In this document: in pieces, positions 1 through 11,322 of the stretch
How positions within the stretch are numbered: the stretch's first letter is position 1
How the letters are laid out: each line of letters starts with the position of its first letter
Assembly: GCA_963772835.1 (NCBI GenBank)
Contig: CAVYYZ010000002.1
Span: 128,001-192,000 of the forward strand
DNA: 64,000 nucleotides
Source: an uncultured delta proteobacterium
Lineage (GTDB): Bacteria; Desulfobacterota; Desulfuromonadia; Geobacterales; Pseudopelobacteraceae
Direction: 5' to 3'
The notes under the pieces: model-generated
The model's input: only the letters and a program-made list of their open reading frames with translations
Told to the model about the DNA's origin: nothing
The model's database searches: none
Translations under genes and position numbers: made by a program

Positions 1-44
1 TCGTCCAGAAGTGATCCGATAGTGTGAGTGAGTTGTTGAGACAT
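1..44 (-). CDS. 5' end of a CDS running off the window (MSQQLTHTIGSLLD...), probably an AMP-binding acyl-CoA synthetase
   Basis: ATG at 44 preceded by a GGAGG RBS; TIGSLLD resembles acyl-CoA synthetase N-termini; continues the liu operon strand. Confidence 0.45.
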   Translation of the reverse strand, partial: MSQQLTHTIGSLLD

Positions 45-91
45 GATAACCTCCGATAGTTACGTAAAATGTGCGTTTTATGTATGTACCA

Positions 92-1216
92 CTATTCCGG
101 GATTTTTTGATCAGGAGTTTCTCCGGCTTTCTTTTTTAATTCGGCCAGGCCCGGTCGTGCATACTCCAGATGTCCCTCTTTAGCTGTTCTACCATTCATG
201 ATCGCTTCCGAGCGCAGCCGCCGACCGATTGTTTTCTCAAGCTGTATCCCAAGTTTGAGCACCTTATCAATATCCCATCCATGGTTGATACCCATCTCAT
301 CAATCTGCACCAACGTATCTTCAAGCGTTACCAGCCCGACATAGCGCGGGTCGCGGTAATAGTAATCACCGGTGCCCTTGACCGGGCAATCATTCATAAA
401 GTTGGCCGGTTGTCCACCCAGCCCTCCCATGGTGGCCTCGAAATGGGTAATACCCGCCTGCAGTGCTGCGAGTACAGATGCTGATGCAACCCGTTTGGTT
501 TCATGAAAATGGGCAATATGCAGATCCGTGTTTGGCATTTCATCGAGAATCATTGAAAAATATCGATAAATGTCCGGTGCCGAAGCGCTGCCGTCGTGAT
601 CTGCATGTTCAACGTCAAAAGCACCGATGTCCAGCCACCGTCTCGTAAATTCCACCGCATCCTGCATATCAGTTGCGCCGCCAATAGGGCTCCCCCAGAT
701 TGTACTGACGGTACCGCACATCTTCATGCCGGCATCTGTGCATTTCTTTATGCTGCGCTCAGCCTCTTTCCAGTACTGAGGCAGTGTACAGCCGGAGTTT
801 GCGAAGTGATGCCGTTCTTCGGTGGAAACCATCATCAAAAGACGATCCGGCCCCAGGCCCCTTTTTTTCAGTTCAATGGCCCGTTCGACTGCAGTCTCAC
901 GGATAGTAATTGCTGTCAGACAGATATCATCATATGCGATGCCGCGTTTTGCACAGCGCGCTCTGAATTCGTCGCCCCTCAGGTGTGCCAGAAGGGTTTC
1001 CGCATCGCCGAATTGGGGCATGAGATGCGGATTGCCCAGATTGGTCACTTCAATATTGCGGCACCCGGCAAAAATCAACTCTTCCAGATAATAAATTTTG
1101 GCAGCGGTCGAGATGAATTTTTCCTCGTGCTGAAAACCGTCCCGCACCGTTATGTCGCCGATCGTAACTTTTTTCGGCATGCGGGGGAATATCTTCCAGT
1201 AATCGTATTCTGTCAT
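92..1216 (-). CDS. Divergent HMG-CoA lyase-like DRE-TIM metallolyase (pyruvate carboxyltransferase-domain protein)
   Basis: DITVRDGFQ active-site motif, HFHET metal motif, GGLGGQP; ATG 1216 with AGGAG RBS. Confidence 0.8.
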   Translation of the reverse strand: MTEYDYWKIFPRMPKKVTIGDITVRDGFQHEEKFISTAAKIYYLEELIFAGCRNIEVTNLGNPHLMPQFGDAETLLAHLRGDEFRARCAKRGIAYDDICLTAITIRETAVERAIELKKRGLGPDRLLMMVSTEERHHFANSGCTLPQYWKEAERSIKKCTDAGMKMCGTVSTIWGSPIGGATDMQDAVEFTRRWLDIGAFDVEHADHDGSASAPDIYRYFSMILDEMPNTDLHIAHFHETKRVASASVLAALQAGITHFEATMGGLGGQPANFMNDCPVKGTGDYYYRDPRYVGLVTLEDTLVQIDEMGINHGWDIDKVLKLGIQLEKTIGRRLRSEAIMNGRTAKEGHLEYARPGLAELKKKAGETPDQKIPE

Positions 1217-1351
1217 CCGCACAAACTCCTTCGTTTCATCTCAGAATTAACAACCGTGTCTGTCGTGGTTGAACCGGGTATACATGAGTAACAGACGGAA
1301 ACCTCTGATTTATCCCGGAACGTTTTTTTCATCATATGCATTCAGGTAGAA

Positions 1352-2290
1352 TTATTCCGGGAGCAGGCGATCAGAATTCGCTTCCTGTTCAATTTTCGGC
1401 CCGAGTGCCCGTGCAACCTTGGATCCGGACGGGCGACCAAGATAGCTTGAGATATACAAACCGGCCGCCACCAGCCCGGTAAGATCGACACCGGTTTCAA
1501 TACCCATACCGTTCAGCATGCAGAGGAGATCCTCACTGGCAACATTACCGGCTGCTCCCTTTGCATAGGGGCACCCCCCCAACCCGGCAACGGAACTGTC
1601 AACCACTGAAATGCCAAGCTCCAAAACCGCCAGGATATTGGCCAGTGCCTGGCCATACGTATCGTGGAAGTGAACCGCCAAACGGTAGCGAGGCACAACT
1701 GCCGAGACCTTTTTCACCATGGCCTGCGCTTTGGCAGGAGTGGCAAAACCGATAGTGTCTCCCAAGGAGATCTCATAACACCCCATCTCCAACAGGCGCA
1801 GAGCAACCTGGGCAACGGATTCGGGTGCAACATCTCCCTGATACGGACACCCCAGGACGCAGGATACATAGCCGCGCACTTTAATGTTGCGCTGACGGGC
1901 CGCGACAATTACCGGAGCGAATCGTTCAAGACTTTCAGCAATGGAGCAGTTGATATTACGCTGTGAAAACGCCTCGGAAGCGGCACCAAAAACAGCTATT
2001 TCCTCTGCTCCGGCCGCAACAGCCGCTTCAAAGCCCTGCATTCCCGGCACAAGGACCGGGTAACTGACGCCGGGGCGGCGGGTGATACCAAGCATTACCT
2101 GAGCATTGTCCGCCATCTGCGGCACCCATTTCGGTGAGACAAAACTGGTTGTTTCTATTGCACTGAGGCCGGTCGCCGAAAGACGATTAATCAGCCCGAT
2201 CTTCACGTCAGTCGGAACGATTATCGACTCGTTCTGCAGTCCGTCCCGGGGACCGACTTCTACCATCTTTACCCGTTTTGGAATTCTCAT
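1352..2290 (-). CDS. liuE: Hydroxymethylglutaryl-CoA lyase
   Basis: [19 protein letters not shown] and GLGGCPYA motifs. Confidence 0.93.
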   Translation of the reverse strand: MRIPKRVKMVEVGPRDGLQNESIIVPTDVKIGLINRLSATGLSAIETTSFVSPKWVPQMADNAQVMLGITRRPGVSYPVLVPGMQGFEAAVAAGAEEIAVFGAASEAFSQRNINCSIAESLERFAPVIVAARQRNIKVRGYVSCVLGCPYQGDVAPESVAQVALRLLEMGCYEISLGDTIGFATPAKAQAMVKKVSAVVPRYRLAVHFHDTYGQALANILAVLELGISVVDSSVAGLGGCPYAKGAAGNVASEDLLCMLNGMGIETGVDLTGLVAAGLYISSYLGRPSGSKVARALGPKIEQEANSDRLLPE

Positions 2291-2293
2291 GAT

Positions 2294-4303
2294 CTATATT
2301 GGTTTGACTTCAGCGGTGAAGTCAAGCAGTTCAGAACCCTCATTGACCACGGCTCCAACCTCAAAATGGAATTCAGCCACGGCTCCGTCACAGGGTGCAT
2401 TGATGGTGTGCTCCATTTTCATAGCCTCCATAATCAGTAACGGAGTACCCCGCTCTACCCTGACCCCGACTTCTGCCACGATTGCCACAACCTTGCCCGG
2501 CATCGGGGCGGTAAGCCGTCCTGCTGCCGCTTCATCTTCATCACCCGCTTCACCGGGGTCACATCTGGTGAGAAGGTGACTTTTGCCTTGATCCAGAATT
2601 GTAAGGGTATTTCCGTTCCTGACAACAGTAGCTTTTACCCGCAAACCGTCAAGATCTGCCAGAACATCCCCCCCGGCACTCCGCTCTCCGCGGACGAACA
2701 GGCTTCCCCCGGGCAGATCAAGAAGATACCCTCCGGGGCGATAATGCACCACGACGATCATGGCCTGTTCACCATCGATATAGTGGATGTCATGATGATT
2801 ATCAAAATTGAGCCGCCAGCCACTCGTTTGGTGCCAGGGAGAGTAGGGATCAGACGAAGAACCCGCTCTGTTACCGGCTTCAACTTCCTGTTCCAGCATC
2901 AGTTCAAGTGAGGCCAGGGCCAGGATACGGTCGGATGCCGGGGCAATTTCGGGGAAAAGAGCCGGGCTGTTCCGCTCTATAAAACCTGTATCTATTTCGC
3001 CGGCAGCAAAGGCCGGGTGAGCGGCGACACTCCCCAGAAATACCGTGTTGGTGGTTACACCCACCACCTGGAAGTCTGCCAGCGCCTGCCGCAGCCGACG
3101 TATTGCTGAACTCCGGTCGCAGTCCCACACAACCAGCTTGGCGATCATCGGATCGTAATGAATACTGACCTCATCTCCCTGACGCACACCTGAGTCAATA
3201 CGAACATGGGTATTCTCGGAGGGGGTGCGAAGATGGCGCAACTTCCCTGTGGAAGGGAGAAACTCACGCGCCGGGTCCTCGGCGTAAATACGCGCTTCAA
3301 TTGCATGACCGCATATTACGAGTTGCTCCTGCGAACGCGGCATCGGTTCACCCGCAGCCACCAGCAATTGCCACTCCACCAGATCAAGACCGGTAACCAT
3401 TTCGGTAACCGGATGCTCCACCTGAAGTCTGGTATTCATCTCCATGAAGTAGAATGAGCCATCCTCATCAAGTAGGAACTCTACCGTACCGGCGCCGACA
3501 TAATTAATTGCGCGGGCAGCCGCAACAGCCGCAGCACCCATCTGGTCTCTGAGCAAGGCCGTCATTCCTGATGCAGGGGCCTCCTCTACAACCTTTTGAT
3601 GGCGGCGCTGGATGGAGCAGTCCCGCTCGAAGAGGTGGAGGACATTGCCCAGACTGTCCGCAAACACCTGGATTTCGATATGTCGGGGCTTGGTCAGATA
3701 TCTTTCAAGAAGGACGTGATCGTCACCAAAACCCGACATTGCTTCCCGACGGGCTCCGGCAAGCGCTTCTGCAAATTCGGTACTGCGAGAGACCACCCGC
3801 ATCCCCTTTCCGCCGCCGCCGGCACTTGCCTTGATCAATAACGGATACCCGATCCGGTCCGCCTCGGCCTGTAAAAAATCGGCCCCCTGCTCGTTCCCAT
3901 GATATCCGGGGACCAAGGGGACGCCAGCCGCACCCATGATATCTTTTGCCGCACTCTTTGAGCCCATGGCGCGAATTGCCTCGCAGGGAGGCCCAATGAA
4001 GACGATACCGGCCCGGGAACATGCCTCGGCAAATCCGGCATTTTCGGAAAGAAAACCGTACCCGGGGTGAATTGCACGAGCGCCGCTCCGGACAGCCACA
4101 TCCAGAATAACATCGCCCAACAGGTAGCTTTCTCGGGCCGGTGACGGGCCGATATGGTAGGCTTCATCAGCAAGGGCGACATGTAGTGCGTCGGCATCGG
4201 CATCGGAGTACACCGCGACAGTGCGTATACCGAGGCGCTTGGCGGTTCGGATGACACGGCATGCTATCTCACCGCGATTTGCAATCAGTATTTTATCGAA
4301 CAT
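2294..4303 (-). CDS. liuD: 3-methylcrotonyl-CoA carboxylase alpha subunit (biotin carboxylase plus biotin carrier)
   Basis: MFDKILIANRGEIA, GGGGKGMR, EMNTRLQVEHPVTE and biotinyl EAMKM motifs; liu context. Confidence 0.9.
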   Translation of the reverse strand: MFDKILIANRGEIACRVIRTAKRLGIRTVAVYSDADADALHVALADEAYHIGPSPARESYLLGDVILDVAVRSGARAIHPGYGFLSENAGFAEACSRAGIVFIGPPCEAIRAMGSKSAAKDIMGAAGVPLVPGYHGNEQGADFLQAEADRIGYPLLIKASAGGGGKGMRVVSRSTEFAEALAGARREAMSGFGDDHVLLERYLTKPRHIEIQVFADSLGNVLHLFERDCSIQRRHQKVVEEAPASGMTALLRDQMGAAAVAAARAINYVGAGTVEFLLDEDGSFYFMEMNTRLQVEHPVTEMVTGLDLVEWQLLVAAGEPMPRSQEQLVICGHAIEARIYAEDPAREFLPSTGKLRHLRTPSENTHVRIDSGVRQGDEVSIHYDPMIAKLVVWDCDRSSAIRRLRQALADFQVVGVTTNTVFLGSVAAHPAFAAGEIDTGFIERNSPALFPEIAPASDRILALASLELMLEQEVEAGNRAGSSSDPYSPWHQTSGWRLNFDNHHDIHYIDGEQAMIVVVHYRPGGYLLDLPGGSLFVRGERSAGGDVLADLDGLRVKATVVRNGNTLTILDQGKSHLLTRCDPGEAGDEDEAAAGRLTAPMPGKVVAIVAEVGVRVERGTPLLIMEAMKMEHTINAPCDGAVAEFHFEVGAVVNEGSELLDFTAEVKPI

Positions 4304-4372
4304 GGTAATTTCCTTTTGTTTTGATTTCAAGACGCAGAACATATTAGAGAATCAAGGGTAGTGATACGTGTG

Positions 4373-5161
4373 TTATCTCGGCCGTATGAAAAGCGTGTGA
4401 ATGCTCTGGCCAACTTTGCCGGTACTGTCAAAAGCTACCGTTGTAGTCTGGCCAATCCCGTCGTTTCCCATTACCGTCTGCGCATCCATGCCAACCCAGG
4501 GCCCTGCGGGCTGACGATATAACCCGAGAGTCAAATCCACCGGAACAAATGTCCATGTGAGAAAATCAAGCTCTGCGCTGATACCGTTTGCTGAATCAAT
4601 CATTAGCACAAGGGCTTCAAGTCCATCTATTTCATGATTCTCTATTAACGGTATGCGTGATCTGGTCCAAACCGTTGCCGGCCCCAATGCATCATATCCA
4701 CCCTCGGTAAAACGCCACTCAAGAGCCTCTCCATAGGGGAAACTGCCGAAACCGGGGAAAAACTTCTGAACCTGCGGCTCCGGGAGCAACGGGATTTCAT
4801 ATGAATCCGGGATTGAATCTGTTGCACCGGCTTCAGAAATAATCCGCCAGGCGTGAGCGATCAAATATGTTTTACCATCTGAAATGTATTTTCCCCTGAG
4901 AAGCTCTATCCTTTTACCTCCCCGCACAACCTCTACATGCACCTCACATGGTTTTACCGGAACTGCACTCAGTAACTCTATTGTGATTCTTGACACTTTA
5001 AACGGGCCTGAAGCCGGGTAGGTGCGTAATGCATGAGTAAGCAGCGCTGAAGGGGGCCCACCATGCTGGTATTCCGGTGACCAGGGTCCAATTGTGGCCT
5101 CAGTAGGTTCAAATGTGTATTGACCTGTTTGTCTAAAAAATGCTGCCGGTAAATTGACCAT
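4373..5161 (-). CDS. TesB-like double-hotdog acyl-CoA thioesterase family protein
   Basis: GPWSPEYQHGGPPSALL motif; start ATG 5161 inferred from RBS. Confidence 0.75.
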   Translation of the reverse strand: MVNLPAAFFRQTGQYTFEPTEATIGPWSPEYQHGGPPSALLTHALRTYPASGPFKVSRITIELLSAVPVKPCEVHVEVVRGGKRIELLRGKYISDGKTYLIAHAWRIISEAGATDSIPDSYEIPLLPEPQVQKFFPGFGSFPYGEALEWRFTEGGYDALGPATVWTRSRIPLIENHEIDGLEALVLMIDSANGISAELDFLTWTFVPVDLTLGLYRQPAGPWVGMDAQTVMGNDGIGQTTTVAFDSTGKVGQSIHTLFIRPR

Positions 5162-5204
5162 ACATTTCCTTGAAGTTTCCCCTGTAAATGAGGCTTTTTT
5201 TTGA

Positions 5205-5648
5205 TCAGGTACGACAGGCGATAATATATCTGAAGCCGGATTCCATAACAGTTTCACCTTTTTGGTTCACAGCCTTGAAACGTGCCGTTGCCATTCCCCG
5301 ATCCGGCTTGCTGCGAGAGCGATTAAGATCTGCCCAGCAGGCCTCTATTGAAAGGATGTCATCCGGTCGGACCGGGTTTGACAATCGGACCTGCTCGATT
5401 AAAATCCCGCTCAGAATAGGCATATTTCCTGTAGCGTCAGCCACAACCCGTGTACATGCTGAAAGTGTCTGAAGAGACGACGCTATAATCCCGCCAAAAA
5501 GTGAGGAGGCTGCGGCCTGCTCATCAATATGAAACGGCTGCGGATCGTATTTTTGAGCAAATTCGATGATCTCCGGTAGAGTTAACGTAATAGTTTTGCA
5601 GTCAATATGATCGCCTTCGGCGAGATCGTCCCAGAAATGCGCGACCAT
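5205..5648 (-). CDS. MaoC-family (R-specific) dehydratase
   Basis: FAQKYDPQPFHIDE hydratase-2 motif; PVRPDD. Confidence 0.8.
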   Translation of the reverse strand: MVAHFWDDLAEGDHIDCKTITLTLPEIIEFAQKYDPQPFHIDEQAAASSLFGGIIASSLQTLSACTRVVADATGNMPILSGILIEQVRLSNPVRPDDILSIEACWADLNRSRSKPDRGMATARFKAVNQKGETVMESGFRYIIACRT

Positions 5649-5651
5649 CGG

Positions 5652-6446
5652 CTAGCCTTTCACCCACGCCGGCGACCTTTTCTCCAGAAAAGCCGACAGG
5701 CCTTCACGGCATTCCGTGGAGGCACGCCGATCGGCCATCAGTGCTGCTGTATCCGCAATCAGATTGTCATCTACGGGCCGCCCGGAAACCGTTGCGATCA
5801 GTTTTTTTGCTGCAGCCATAGCGGATGGGCCGTTTTTCAGGAGTTGCGCCGTCACTCGCTCAGAGACAGCAGCAAGCTCCTGTTCATCGGCAACCACCTC
5901 ATGGACAAGACCGAGGCGGTATGCCTCCCCCGCCGTTATAATTTCAGCTGTCGCAAAATACCGGCGCGCGGCACGAGCTCCGATGGCAGCAAGCACATAA
6001 GGCGAAATGACCGCAGGGATGAGCCCCAGCTTGACCTCGGAAACACAGAATGTTGCCCGCTCTGTAGCTATTGCAATATCGCAGCAGGAAGTCAGTCCGA
6101 CCCCGCCGCCGTAGGCAGCGCCTTGAACCAGTGCGACCGTCGGCTTGGAAATCGCGTTGAGAGTGCGCATCAGTTCGGCAATACCTTTGGCATCTGCTAG
6201 ATTCTGTTCGCGGGAATTATCAGCCATGCGGCGCATATCATTCAGGTCGGCACCGGCTGAAAAGCTTTTGCCGTTGGCAGCAAGTACAACAAGTCGCACT
6301 GCCGGGTTCCTGTCAAGCTGACGCAACGAAGCGGTCATGTTGGCGACAAGGCTTTCATTAAAGGCATTGTGCAGCTCAGGGCGGTTCATGGTGATCGTTG
6401 CCCGCCCGGCATTATCTATGTGGGTAAGAATGTCAGTATCGTTCAT
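5652..6446 (-). CDS. liuC: Methylglutaconyl-CoA hydratase (crotonase family)
   Basis: NRPELHNAF, FSAGADL, SEVKLGLIPAVISPYV; adjacent to the MCC beta gene. Confidence 0.85.
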   Translation of the reverse strand: MNDTDILTHIDNAGRATITMNRPELHNAFNESLVANMTASLRQLDRNPAVRLVVLAANGKSFSAGADLNDMRRMADNSREQNLADAKGIAELMRTLNAISKPTVALVQGAAYGGGVGLTSCCDIAIATERATFCVSEVKLGLIPAVISPYVLAAIGARAARRYFATAEIITAGEAYRLGLVHEVVADEQELAAVSERVTAQLLKNGPSAMAAAKKLIATVSGRPVDDNLIADTAALMADRRASTECREGLSAFLEKRSPAWVKG

Positions 6447-6450
6447 TGAA

Positions 6451-8058
6451 TCACATCCTGAATATGCCGAATTTTGTCTTTTCGATAGGGGCGTTCAGTG
6501 TTGCCGAGATCCCGAGTCCAAGAACCATGCGGGTATCAGCCGGGTCTATAATCCCGTCATCCCACAAACGTGCACTGGCATAGTAAGGGTGTCCCTGATG
6601 CTCATACATATCTCGAACCGGTTTTCTGAAAAGCTCTTCGTCCTCCGGGCTCCAGGTTTCTCCTCTGGCCTCCATGCCGTCGCGTTTTACCGTAGCAAGA
6701 ACACTGGCGGCCTGTTCGCCACCCATAACAGAAACGCGGGCATTGGGCCAGATCCAGAGAAACCGGGGGCTGAAAGCGCGGCCGCACATACCATAGTTAC
6801 CGGCACCATAGCTGCCGCCGGTAATAACCGTAAATTTGGGAACATTGGCGCAGGCCACAGCTGTGACCATTTTTGCGCCGTCCTTGGCGATGCCACCGGC
6901 CTCATACTTGCTCCCGACCATGAAACCGGTGACATTCTGAAGAAATATCAGTGGAATTCCACGCTGGCTGCACAGCTCTATAAAATGCGTCCCCTTGAGA
7001 GCAGACTCGGAAAAAAGAATGCCGTTATTTGCCACAATTCCGACCGGATAACCCCAGATATGAGCAAATCCGCATACCAGTGTCGTGCCGTAAAGCTGCT
7101 TGAATTCATCAAACTCGGAGCCGTCGACTATTCTTGCGATTACTTCATGAACATCATACGGTTTACGGGTATCGGTTGTGATGACACCGTGAATTTCTGA
7201 AGGGTCATAGAGCGGTTCCAACGGCTTGCGAACAGCAAGCTGAACTTTTTTGAGCCTGTTGAGATTGCCCACAATCTTTCTGGCGATGGAAAGTGCGTGA
7301 CCGTCGTTTGTGGCATAGTGGTCGGTAACACCCGAAGTTCTGCAGTGCACCTCAGCGCCACCCAGATCTTCGGCACTGACCACCTCGCCTATGGCAGCTT
7401 TTACAAGCGGCGGTCCAGCCAGAAAGATGGTGCCCTGCCGACGGACAATGATACTTTCGTCAGACATTGCAGGCATATATGCGCCACCGGCTGTACATGA
7501 TCCCATTACCGCGGCAATCTGCGGTATTCCCTTGGCGGACATGTTTGCCTGGTTATAGAAGATCCTTCCAAAATGATCGCGATCAGGGAAAACCTCCTCC
7601 TGACGGGGAAGAAATACACCACCGGAATCGACCAGATATATACAGGGGAGTTGGTTCGCCTCGGCTATTTCCTGGGCGCGGAGATGTTTTTTTACGGTAA
7701 GTGGATAATAGGTCCCTCCCTTGACCGTTGCATCATTTGCAAAGATCATACATTCCTGGCCCATAACCCGACCTATCCCTGTGATAATTCCGGCGGCCGG
7801 GACGTCTTCTCCGTAGACCTTATAGGCGGCAAACTGAGACAGCTCAAGAAACGGTGCGCCAACATCAAGCAACTGCCTGACCCGCTCCCGGGGAAGCAGC
7901 TTACCCCGCTCAAGATGCTTTGAACGTGAGCGTTCATCGCCACCAAGGCGGATTTCAGCTGCTTTTTCCCGCAGGTCCGCAACTATTGCGCCCATCGACT
8001 CAACATTTGTCCGGAATTCTTTTGAATGTACATTAAGTGCTGTTTTCAGGGTCGTCAT
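6451..8058 (-). CDS. liuB: 3-methylcrotonyl-CoA carboxylase beta (carboxyltransferase) subunit
   Basis: [32 protein letters not shown] and ARLWDDG motifs. Confidence 0.93.
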   Translation of the reverse strand: MTTLKTALNVHSKEFRTNVESMGAIVADLREKAAEIRLGGDERSRSKHLERGKLLPRERVRQLLDVGAPFLELSQFAAYKVYGEDVPAAGIITGIGRVMGQECMIFANDATVKGGTYYPLTVKKHLRAQEIAEANQLPCIYLVDSGGVFLPRQEEVFPDRDHFGRIFYNQANMSAKGIPQIAAVMGSCTAGGAYMPAMSDESIIVRRQGTIFLAGPPLVKAAIGEVVSAEDLGGAEVHCRTSGVTDHYATNDGHALSIARKIVGNLNRLKKVQLAVRKPLEPLYDPSEIHGVITTDTRKPYDVHEVIARIVDGSEFDEFKQLYGTTLVCGFAHIWGYPVGIVANNGILFSESALKGTHFIELCSQRGIPLIFLQNVTGFMVGSKYEAGGIAKDGAKMVTAVACANVPKFTVITGGSYGAGNYGMCGRAFSPRFLWIWPNARVSVMGGEQAASVLATVKRDGMEARGETWSPEDEELFRKPVRDMYEHQGHPYYASARLWDDGIIDPADTRMVLGLGISATLNAPIEKTKFGIFRM

Positions 8059-8086
8059 AATTCAGTTGTACTCCTTGGCCAGTAAA

Positions 8087-8902
8087 TCAAATCAAATTGG
8101 TTCCCGTCTGGTGTAATGACCCGATAAACCGTGCCATCCCTTCGAGCGTCGCCTCTCGTGCCTGAAGGTGCGGTGAATGAGCACAGTCAGGTAAAATATA
8201 CGTTTCCACCCGTCCGGAGGCCCCTCTCACAATCGCATCAACTTGTGCCAGAGTCCCGTATTCATCGTTTTCTCCCTGTATGACCTGCAGGGGACAGGTT
8301 ATGCAGGGCAGAGCCGCCTGCATATTCCAACCCGCGTTCTCCGGTAATAACCAGATGTCAGCCCATCCCTGAAACATTGAATCGGTCTGATCACCATGAT
8401 ACCTGGCAAGCTTTTTCCGAAGAATTCCACCTCTGAAGTCTTTCACTGTTTTACGGATGCTGTCCAAAGTTAATTCTTCGCCAAAAAGATGCGCCGCTTC
8501 GACGATAACTCCAACCGGACTTTCAGGAAAGCGGGCCGCATACTGCAGTGCTATACTTCCGCCATCACTATGTCCGATCAGAATAGGTTTATGTATGTCA
8601 CATTCCGCCAGAATATCCGGGAGGACATCTTCAGCTTCCCAACAGAAAGGGTTACCACTCCGGCCCCCCTGAAGAGGATCGGAACCTCCTGAGCCGTAAC
8701 GGTCATATATCAAAGCCGGAAGTCCGGTCAACCGGGAAAGCATCCCCGGGAAATCACGCCACATTTCGATACAGCCGAGCCCCTCATGCAGAAAAACCAG
8801 AACCGGTGCCTCCTGCAGACTCATCCCCGAAGGCATGATGGTTCGTGCCCGCAACCTATGCCCGGCAGCCTGCAGGTAAAATGTACTTTCTGCCTGGGTC
8901 AT
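8087..8902 (-). CDS. Alpha/beta hydrolase
   Basis: FLHEGLG oxyanion region, GHSDGG nucleophile elbow, C-terminal HSPH. Confidence 0.85.
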   Translation of the reverse strand: MTQAESTFYLQAAGHRLRARTIMPSGMSLQEAPVLVFLHEGLGCIEMWRDFPGMLSRLTGLPALIYDRYGSGGSDPLQGGRSGNPFCWEAEDVLPDILAECDIHKPILIGHSDGGSIALQYAARFPESPVGVIVEAAHLFGEELTLDSIRKTVKDFRGGILRKKLARYHGDQTDSMFQGWADIWLLPENAGWNMQAALPCITCPLQVIQGENDEYGTLAQVDAIVRGASGRVETYILPDCAHSPHLQAREATLEGMARFIGSLHQTGTNLI

Positions 8903-8960
8903 GCGGCGATACCCTTTTCAATCAAACCTTATTGACGGTGTACATCGGTATAATCCGGCT

Positions 8961-10130
8961 CTACGCTGCCGTCTCACTAAAAAGCTCCCGCCCGATCAGC
9001 ATCCGCCGGATCTCGCTGGTACCCGCTCCGATCTCATACAGCTTTGCATCGCGCAACAACCGACCGGTCGGATATTCATTGATATACCCATTGCCCCCCA
9101 GGATCTGAATAGCTTCAAGAGCCATCCAGGTGGCCTTTTCGGCGGCATACAGGATTGCGCCGGCGGCATCCTTTCTGATCGCATTTTTACCGCTGCAGGC
9201 GTGGGCAACCGCATAGACATAGGCCCGGCAGGCATTCATGGTACTGTACATATCGGCAATTTTACCCTGCATCAACTGGAATTCTCCGATTGCCTTTCCA
9301 AATTGTCTTCGTTCGTGAATATAGGGAATAACAACATCCATACAGGCTCTCATGATTCCGATGGGACCGGCCGCCAGAACCGCACGTTCATAATCCAGAC
9401 CACTCATAAGTATTTTAACGCCATCACCGATATTGCCCATAATATTTTCAACCGGCACTTCACAATCCTCGAACACCAGTTCGCACGTATCAGAACCACG
9501 CATGCCGAGTTTATCAAGTTTTTGAGCGGTAGAAAAACCTTTGAATCCCTTCTCAATCAAAAATGCGGTAATACCTTTAGAGCCGGCATTGATATCGGTC
9601 TTGGCATACACCAGCAGCGTATCGGCATGCGGACCGTTCGTTATCCACATTTTGGTGCCGTTCAGAATAAAGCGGTCACCTTTGCGGTCTGCTCTCAGTC
9701 GCATGCTGACGACATCTGATCCGGCTCCGGCCTCGCTCATCGCAAGGGCGCCGACATGCTCTCCGCTAATCAACCTGGGCAGATACCGCCGTTTTTGCTC
9801 CTCACTGGCGTTTCGGTATATCTGGTTAATACAGAGATTTGAATGTGCGCCATACGCAAGTGCAACGGCTGCTGAGGCGCGACTGATTTCCTCAATTGCT
9901 ACGACATGTTCCAGATACGTCATCCCGGCCCCGCCATACTCCTCGGAGACAGTAATGCCATGCAGTCCCAGAGCACCCATTTTGCACCACAGGTCCATTG
10001 GAAAATGATTTTCGCGGTCAATGTCGGCTGCACGGGGAGCTATCTCCGCCCTGGCAAACGCCTTGACCGTATCCCTCAACAAATCAGCGGTATCACCTAG
10101 ATCAAAATTTAATGTCGGATATGAACTCAT
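8961..10130 (-). CDS. liuA: Isovaleryl-CoA dehydrogenase
   Basis: [20 protein letters not shown] and [15 protein letters not shown] motifs typical of IVD. Confidence 0.93.
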   Translation of the reverse strand: MSSYPTLNFDLGDTADLLRDTVKAFARAEIAPRAADIDRENHFPMDLWCKMGALGLHGITVSEEYGGAGMTYLEHVVAIEEISRASAAVALAYGAHSNLCINQIYRNASEEQKRRYLPRLISGEHVGALAMSEAGAGSDVVSMRLRADRKGDRFILNGTKMWITNGPHADTLLVYAKTDINAGSKGITAFLIEKGFKGFSTAQKLDKLGMRGSDTCELVFEDCEVPVENIMGNIGDGVKILMSGLDYERAVLAAGPIGIMRACMDVVIPYIHERRQFGKAIGEFQLMQGKIADMYSTMNACRAYVYAVAHACSGKNAIRKDAAGAILYAAEKATWMALEAIQILGGNGYINEYPTGRLLRDAKLYEIGAGTSEIRRMLIGRELFSETAA

Positions 10131-10176
10131 CTGAGATCTCCCTTGAACGCTGAGCATCTGAGCTCGCTGCCAGCAT

Positions 10177-10218
10177 CTTACGTAAAGGTAACATAATTCA
10201 GGAAACTATTTCTGTCAA
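10177..10218 (-). promoter_or_regulatory. Sigma70 promoter of liuA with overlapping LiuR-like operator
   Basis: - strand TTGACA(10218-10213)-N17-TATGTT; CTTACGTAAAGGTAAC at 10177-10192 matches 13/16 of TTTACGTWWACGTAAA. Confidence 0.65.
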
Positions 10219-10432
10219 ACATTATTTTGGTAATCTCAAAACAAGTCATATTTATCGACTACACCCTACCATGCTTCGAGTATGCATTTACGGGAACAAG
10301 GACTTTGTAGCCCTCGTATTAAAGGCTCTGTTCGAACTCATGGTCCAATTTATTCACAGCTGAAATAGATAAAATTGTGTTACACAACAGCCGTCAGCAC
10401 ATTGAACAGAGAAGATTTAAAAGACATCACAA

Positions 10433-11245
10433 TCATGTCCCGGAATAGACTCCGGAGCGCTTTTCCATAAATGCCTTGATCGCTTCTACATGGTCATCTG
10501 TGTCATGTGCCATAGCTTGAAAGCACGCACATAAATCAAGAAAATCCGAAAGAGTACCACGCTGGCCGTATTTGAGAAGTCGCTTGGTCAGGCGCACCGC
10601 ACGTGGCGGCTTCGAAGCAATCTGAGCGGCCAGTTCCAAGGCCCGGTGGAGCAATTGATCAGGCTCAGTAACTTCAAGCAGGATTCCGAGATTCAGCGCT
10701 TCCTCCGCAGAAATACGCCTCCCTGTCAAAGTGAGCTCAGCAGCCCGTTGATACCCGATCAGACGCTGGAGAAACCAGGCTCCGCCGTCTCCCGGGACTA
10801 TACCGAGATTAATAAACGTCTCTCCCATAACAGCTGAGCTTGAAGCAAGCCGCAAATCACACATGCAGGCAAGATCAAACCCCGCACCGATTGCAGGTCC
10901 ATTTATCGCCGCTATGACGGGAATTTCTGCAGTTTCCATGGCAAGCGGCATCCGCTGAATGCCACGTCGGTACTTATCCTGAATCTGATGGGTTGTACCG
11001 CTGAATGTGCCGCATTTTTCACTCATTTCCCGTACGTTGCCACCGGATGAGAATGCGGAACCTGCTCCGGTTAAAACCAACACTGATATTTCCTCGGCAC
11101 GGTTTACCCAGGCAAGCGTCAGCAGAATATCCTCAACCAGCGCGGTACCGGTCAGAGCGTTACGCAGGTCATCGCGACCAAAGACAAGCAAGGCGACTCG
11201 ATCGTGTATTTCAAGTGCAGAATCTTTTAGAACCGGCTTTTCCAT
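10433..11245 (-). CDS. Enoyl-CoA hydratase/isomerase (crotonase family)
   Basis: AFSSGGNV, AINGPAIGAGFDLACMCD and PGDGG motifs; start ATG 11245 with GGGAG RBS. Confidence 0.85.
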   Translation of the reverse strand: MEKPVLKDSALEIHDRVALLVFGRDDLRNALTGTALVEDILLTLAWVNRAEEISVLVLTGAGSAFSSGGNVREMSEKCGTFSGTTHQIQDKYRRGIQRMPLAMETAEIPVIAAINGPAIGAGFDLACMCDLRLASSSAVMGETFINLGIVPGDGGAWFLQRLIGYQRAAELTLTGRRISAEEALNLGILLEVTEPDQLLHRALELAAQIASKPPRAVRLTKRLLKYGQRGTLSDFLDLCACFQAMAHDTDDHVEAIKAFMEKRSGVYSGT

Positions 11246-11299
11246 CCATTTTCTCCCGTTTGAATGTGTCACTATTACTGTACGCCATCAAAATGTATC

Positions 11300-11322
11300 G
11301 TTGACCTTACGTATATGTCAAC
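11300..11322. promoter_or_regulatory. LiuR-like operator in the divergent promoter region
   Basis: GTTGACCTTACGTATATGTCAAC, with palindromic ends and 13/16 match to the LiuR consensus; includes a - strand TTGACA. Confidence 0.6.
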
